Shown one piece after another: positions 61,065 through 64,000 of a DNA stretch of 64,000 nt. Position 1 is the stretch's first letter. Each line of letters starts with the position of its first letter. Below the pieces are notes generated by a model. The model saw only the letters and a list, made by a program, of their open reading frames with translations, did no database searches and was not told the origin of the DNA. A program made the translations under genes and the position numbers. The DNA is from Octopus sinensis (lineage: Eukaryota): contig NC_043003.1 of the NCBI RefSeq assembly GCF_006345805.1, positions 25,792,001 through 25,856,000 on the forward strand. Reading direction: 5' to 3'.

Positions 61065-61831
61065 CTGAAATAGAGAAAAGAAAGAAAGTAAGAATTACAA
61101 TCATATGAATTATCTAGGGAATAAGGAGTTATCAAGTGCCTGATTAAAAGAGTTTTGACAAAGTGGAAGGAGAAGAAAGGGGAAACCTTAATTGTAGACC
61201 TGTTTGTTCTTTATATGTTTACAATATTTCAATCAATATGTCCTTCATATGATATTAACAATGAAGATGATATCCAAAGCATTTAACAAAGATATCAACA
61301 TTGATAATGACAATGACATTTCTCATCATCATCATTTGCTATTCTTATACCTAGCCAGCAAGGGTTGAAGAGTTTGACAGGACCTGACAGGTTCAAGGAG
61401 CACATCAAGGTTCACAGTCTGCCTTGACACGGGTTCTACAGCTGGATGCCCTTTCTAGTAGTATAGAGACACAAACATTGCTTAGAAAATAATTTTCATT
61501 TTTAACCTTGTATATAGTACGCACTAGGGATTTTGACCTTTAAATTTTAGGAAAAAAATGCGAATTATACTCGAGGATTTACGGTATCCACATTGTTTTG
61601 AATTTATCCAGCATTATTTTGTAGCCTTGGAGATTTCAATTGTGTGACTGTATAATTTTTAGACTGACATTATAGGGTAGGTGTGAGAGGTTGGATCTGG
61701 CCAATTTGAACATAAAGCAGGAAGAATATTTTGGCCAGATAGGGCCAGTTTAAACGTTAAAGAGTTAAGGAAACAACAACACGGAGAATTCCTTTCCAAA
61801 ATAAAATAAATGAGTTGTAACTGTTGCTTAC

Positions 61832-62026
61832 GTGCAAAAGAGGTGGGGTGTCCCCACTGCTGACCAAGAAATAAGGATTGCAGGTAATGAGCTGTTTGAA
61901 ATTTTTGTATTGGCCCGATTCGATGAGTTCCCTCATTTTCAGCAACTCGATGGTACGTGGCATCCTGTAACTTCCCTTTTCATTTAATCCTGCTAACTTC
62001 ACTGCAACACTGTCATCAGCGATTGA
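61832..62026 (-). CDS. ANKLE2: ANKLE2 exon (SIADD..YRMPRTIELLKMRELIESG..NPYFLVSSGDTPPLLH); the most 5' exon confidently found
   Basis: Branch and polypyrimidine ACTAAC..CTTTCTCTCCAG|T, donor CAC|GTAAGC. Matches human PRTQDL..NPRYLIGSGDNP. Confidence 0.9.
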
Positions 62027-62427
62027 CTGGAGAGAAAGTAAGTGAAGTTAGTATGCTAGTAGAGAGAATTATGAATATAAATAGAAAGAGAGGTATACAG
62101 ACAGAATTAGGAGACGCAAGTAGCTTCAATCCATCACACAATACAGACAGAATTAGGAGACGCATGTAGCTTCAATCCATTACACAATAGCAAACAACAG
62201 ACCTGGTATTACAACACAAATTATTCTCCCACTGCTTACAAGTGTTAATCTGTTGTCTGATCCAGGTCAGCTCTGATTGAACAGACCTGTGATCAAATAC
62301 ACTCCAGCCATGACCTTCCTGTTTATATATATAATGTATACACAAACATACATATACATATACCCCAGACACATGCAAATACACAGGACTAAATTGTATG
62401 TGGATTTCCTATTTAAAGATAGTCTCG

Positions 62428-63312
62428 GCAGAGTGTAAGTACCTTGAGAGAAAAGCTGGACCTAAGAAGCATCAGTTGTGGTGTGCAAGAGAGACGTTTG
62501 CGCTGGTATGGTCATGTGGCGAGAATGGATGAAGATAGTTGTGTGAAAAAGTGCCACACCCTAGCGGTTGAGGGAACCTGTGGAAGAGGCAGACCCAGGA
62601 AAACCTGGGACGAGGTGGTGAAGCACGACCTTCGAACTTTAGGTCTCACTGAGGAAATGACTAGAGACCGAGACCTCTGGAAGTGTGCTGTGCGCGAGAA
62701 GACCCGGCAGGACAAGTGAGTCCACAACCCGTGGCCTTCTACATGGGATGGAGCCAGCCTACGTATGCATACCTTCCCTTCTTGGGACACAAAACTCTAC
62801 TTGTGAAGACGTGTTGAGGCAAGTGAGGATCAGAATCGAAATCAATCAATGGAAATTGCGGATGTGCTACCAGTGCCGGTGGCATGTCGAAACTCTGCTT
62901 GTGAAGACCCACTGAGGCAAGTGAGGATCAGAATCGAAATCGATCAATGGAAATTGCAGATGTGTTACCAGTGCCGGTGGCATGTAAGAGAACTTTCCGT
63001 TTCGCGACCGTTGCCAGCACCGCCCCGTTTCGTGTCCATTGCCAGCCTCGCTTGGCCCTCGTGCCGGTGGCACATAAAAAGCACCATCCGTTCGTGGCCG
63101 TTTGCCAGCTCTGTCTGGCACCAGTGCGGGTGGCACGTAAAAAGCACCCACTACACTCACGGAGTGGTTGGCATTAGGAAGGGCATCCAGCCGTAGAAAC
63201 ACTGCCAGATTTGACTGGGCCTGATGAAGCCTTCTGGCTTCACAGACCCCAGTAGAACCGTCCAACCCATGCTAGCATGGAAAACGGACGCTAAATGATG
63301 ATGATGATGATG
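62428..63312 (+). mobile_element. 5'-truncated RTE LINE: end of ORF plus 3' UTR
   Basis: RRLRWYGHVARM..GRGRPRKTWDEVVKHDLRTLGL, then the 3' UTR ending in (GAT)n at about 63310. Confidence 0.92.
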
Positions 63313-64000
63313 AAGGTGTGATTTGTGAAAATTTGGCTGTTATTTTTAGCAATTTGAGTAGCAGTGTTTCACTTTAAACCTACTCCCTGTAGTAGACTTA
63401 GCAACAGGATGCAAACTTTTGATCTCAGTGCTGGTTGTCTGCTTGCCAACCTACTTGATTGTACACCAGAACTATTCATACTTTCTTAGATATCATTGTA
63501 AACCTTAATTTGAGAGAGACAGAGAGAAATTCTAATTGTAGTTGTTTTGCCCAGAGATTTGGACAGATTTATGATCAAAACTGTTACAACCATGACCATC
63601 ACAAATTTTATGACTACACTGTTCAATGTCTCCTTTTAATTTTAAGACAGTAAATATATGGGTTTTTTTTTTGTCAGGCATGGAGGCACATAGTTTAGTG
63701 GTTAGGATGCTTGGCTCATGATTGTAAGATTGGTAATTTCGATTCTTGGACCAGGAGATGCGTTATGTTCTAGATCAAGACACTTTATTTCGTGTTGCTC
63801 CAATCCACTCAGCTGGCAAAAATGAGTATTCCTCTGACAGACGGGTGTCCTGTTTAGTGGGGAGTATACACACCAGAGAATCTGGGAAACTTGCCCCTAT
63901 GAGCCCACAAGACTCAAGAATGAGTGGGGGGGGGGTCAACTCACTCACAACTGCAATTAGTAACAACCTATTGCAAAGTTGGAGTGTCAGAGATAAAACC

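Noticed and set aside
62095-62186. 46-bp two-copy tandem repeat near an ANKLE2 acceptor
   Set aside because: Simple slippage duplication that lies outside the branch point and polypyrimidine tract.
63370-63505. Candidate upstream ANKLE2 exon (one frame gives GSRFK, like the human protein)
   Set aside because: That frame has a TAG just upstream with a poor acceptor, and alternative frames lack similarity. RNA-seq is needed.

Overview
AT-rich, repeat-dense animal genomic DNA. The SINE and LINE families look like those of octopus; that assignment is from memory and not verified. Four host genes are present, all on the minus strand. ANKLE2 has nine reconstructable exons (62026 to 41534) and its 5' end lies beyond them. 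A two-exon gene (29278 to 20929) encodes a predicted ER-lumenal NAD-binding SDR/epimerase with a signal peptide and C-terminal KEEL. RPF1 (16726 to 15776) has an intronless CDS. The first exon of an F-box gene lies at 3841-3445. The rest is mostly transposon-derived: RTE LINE fragments (one with a PHD finger inside its RT), Penelope-like relics, at least three tRNA-derived SINE families, piggyBac derivatives and TTAA MITEs, non-autonomous Helitrons, mariner, hAT and probable Chapaev3 relics, and several long foldback inverted repeats. No CRISPR, rRNA or intact tRNA genes were seen. Repeat boundaries are approximate (about +/-10-20 bp) unless TSDs or splice sites are quoted.
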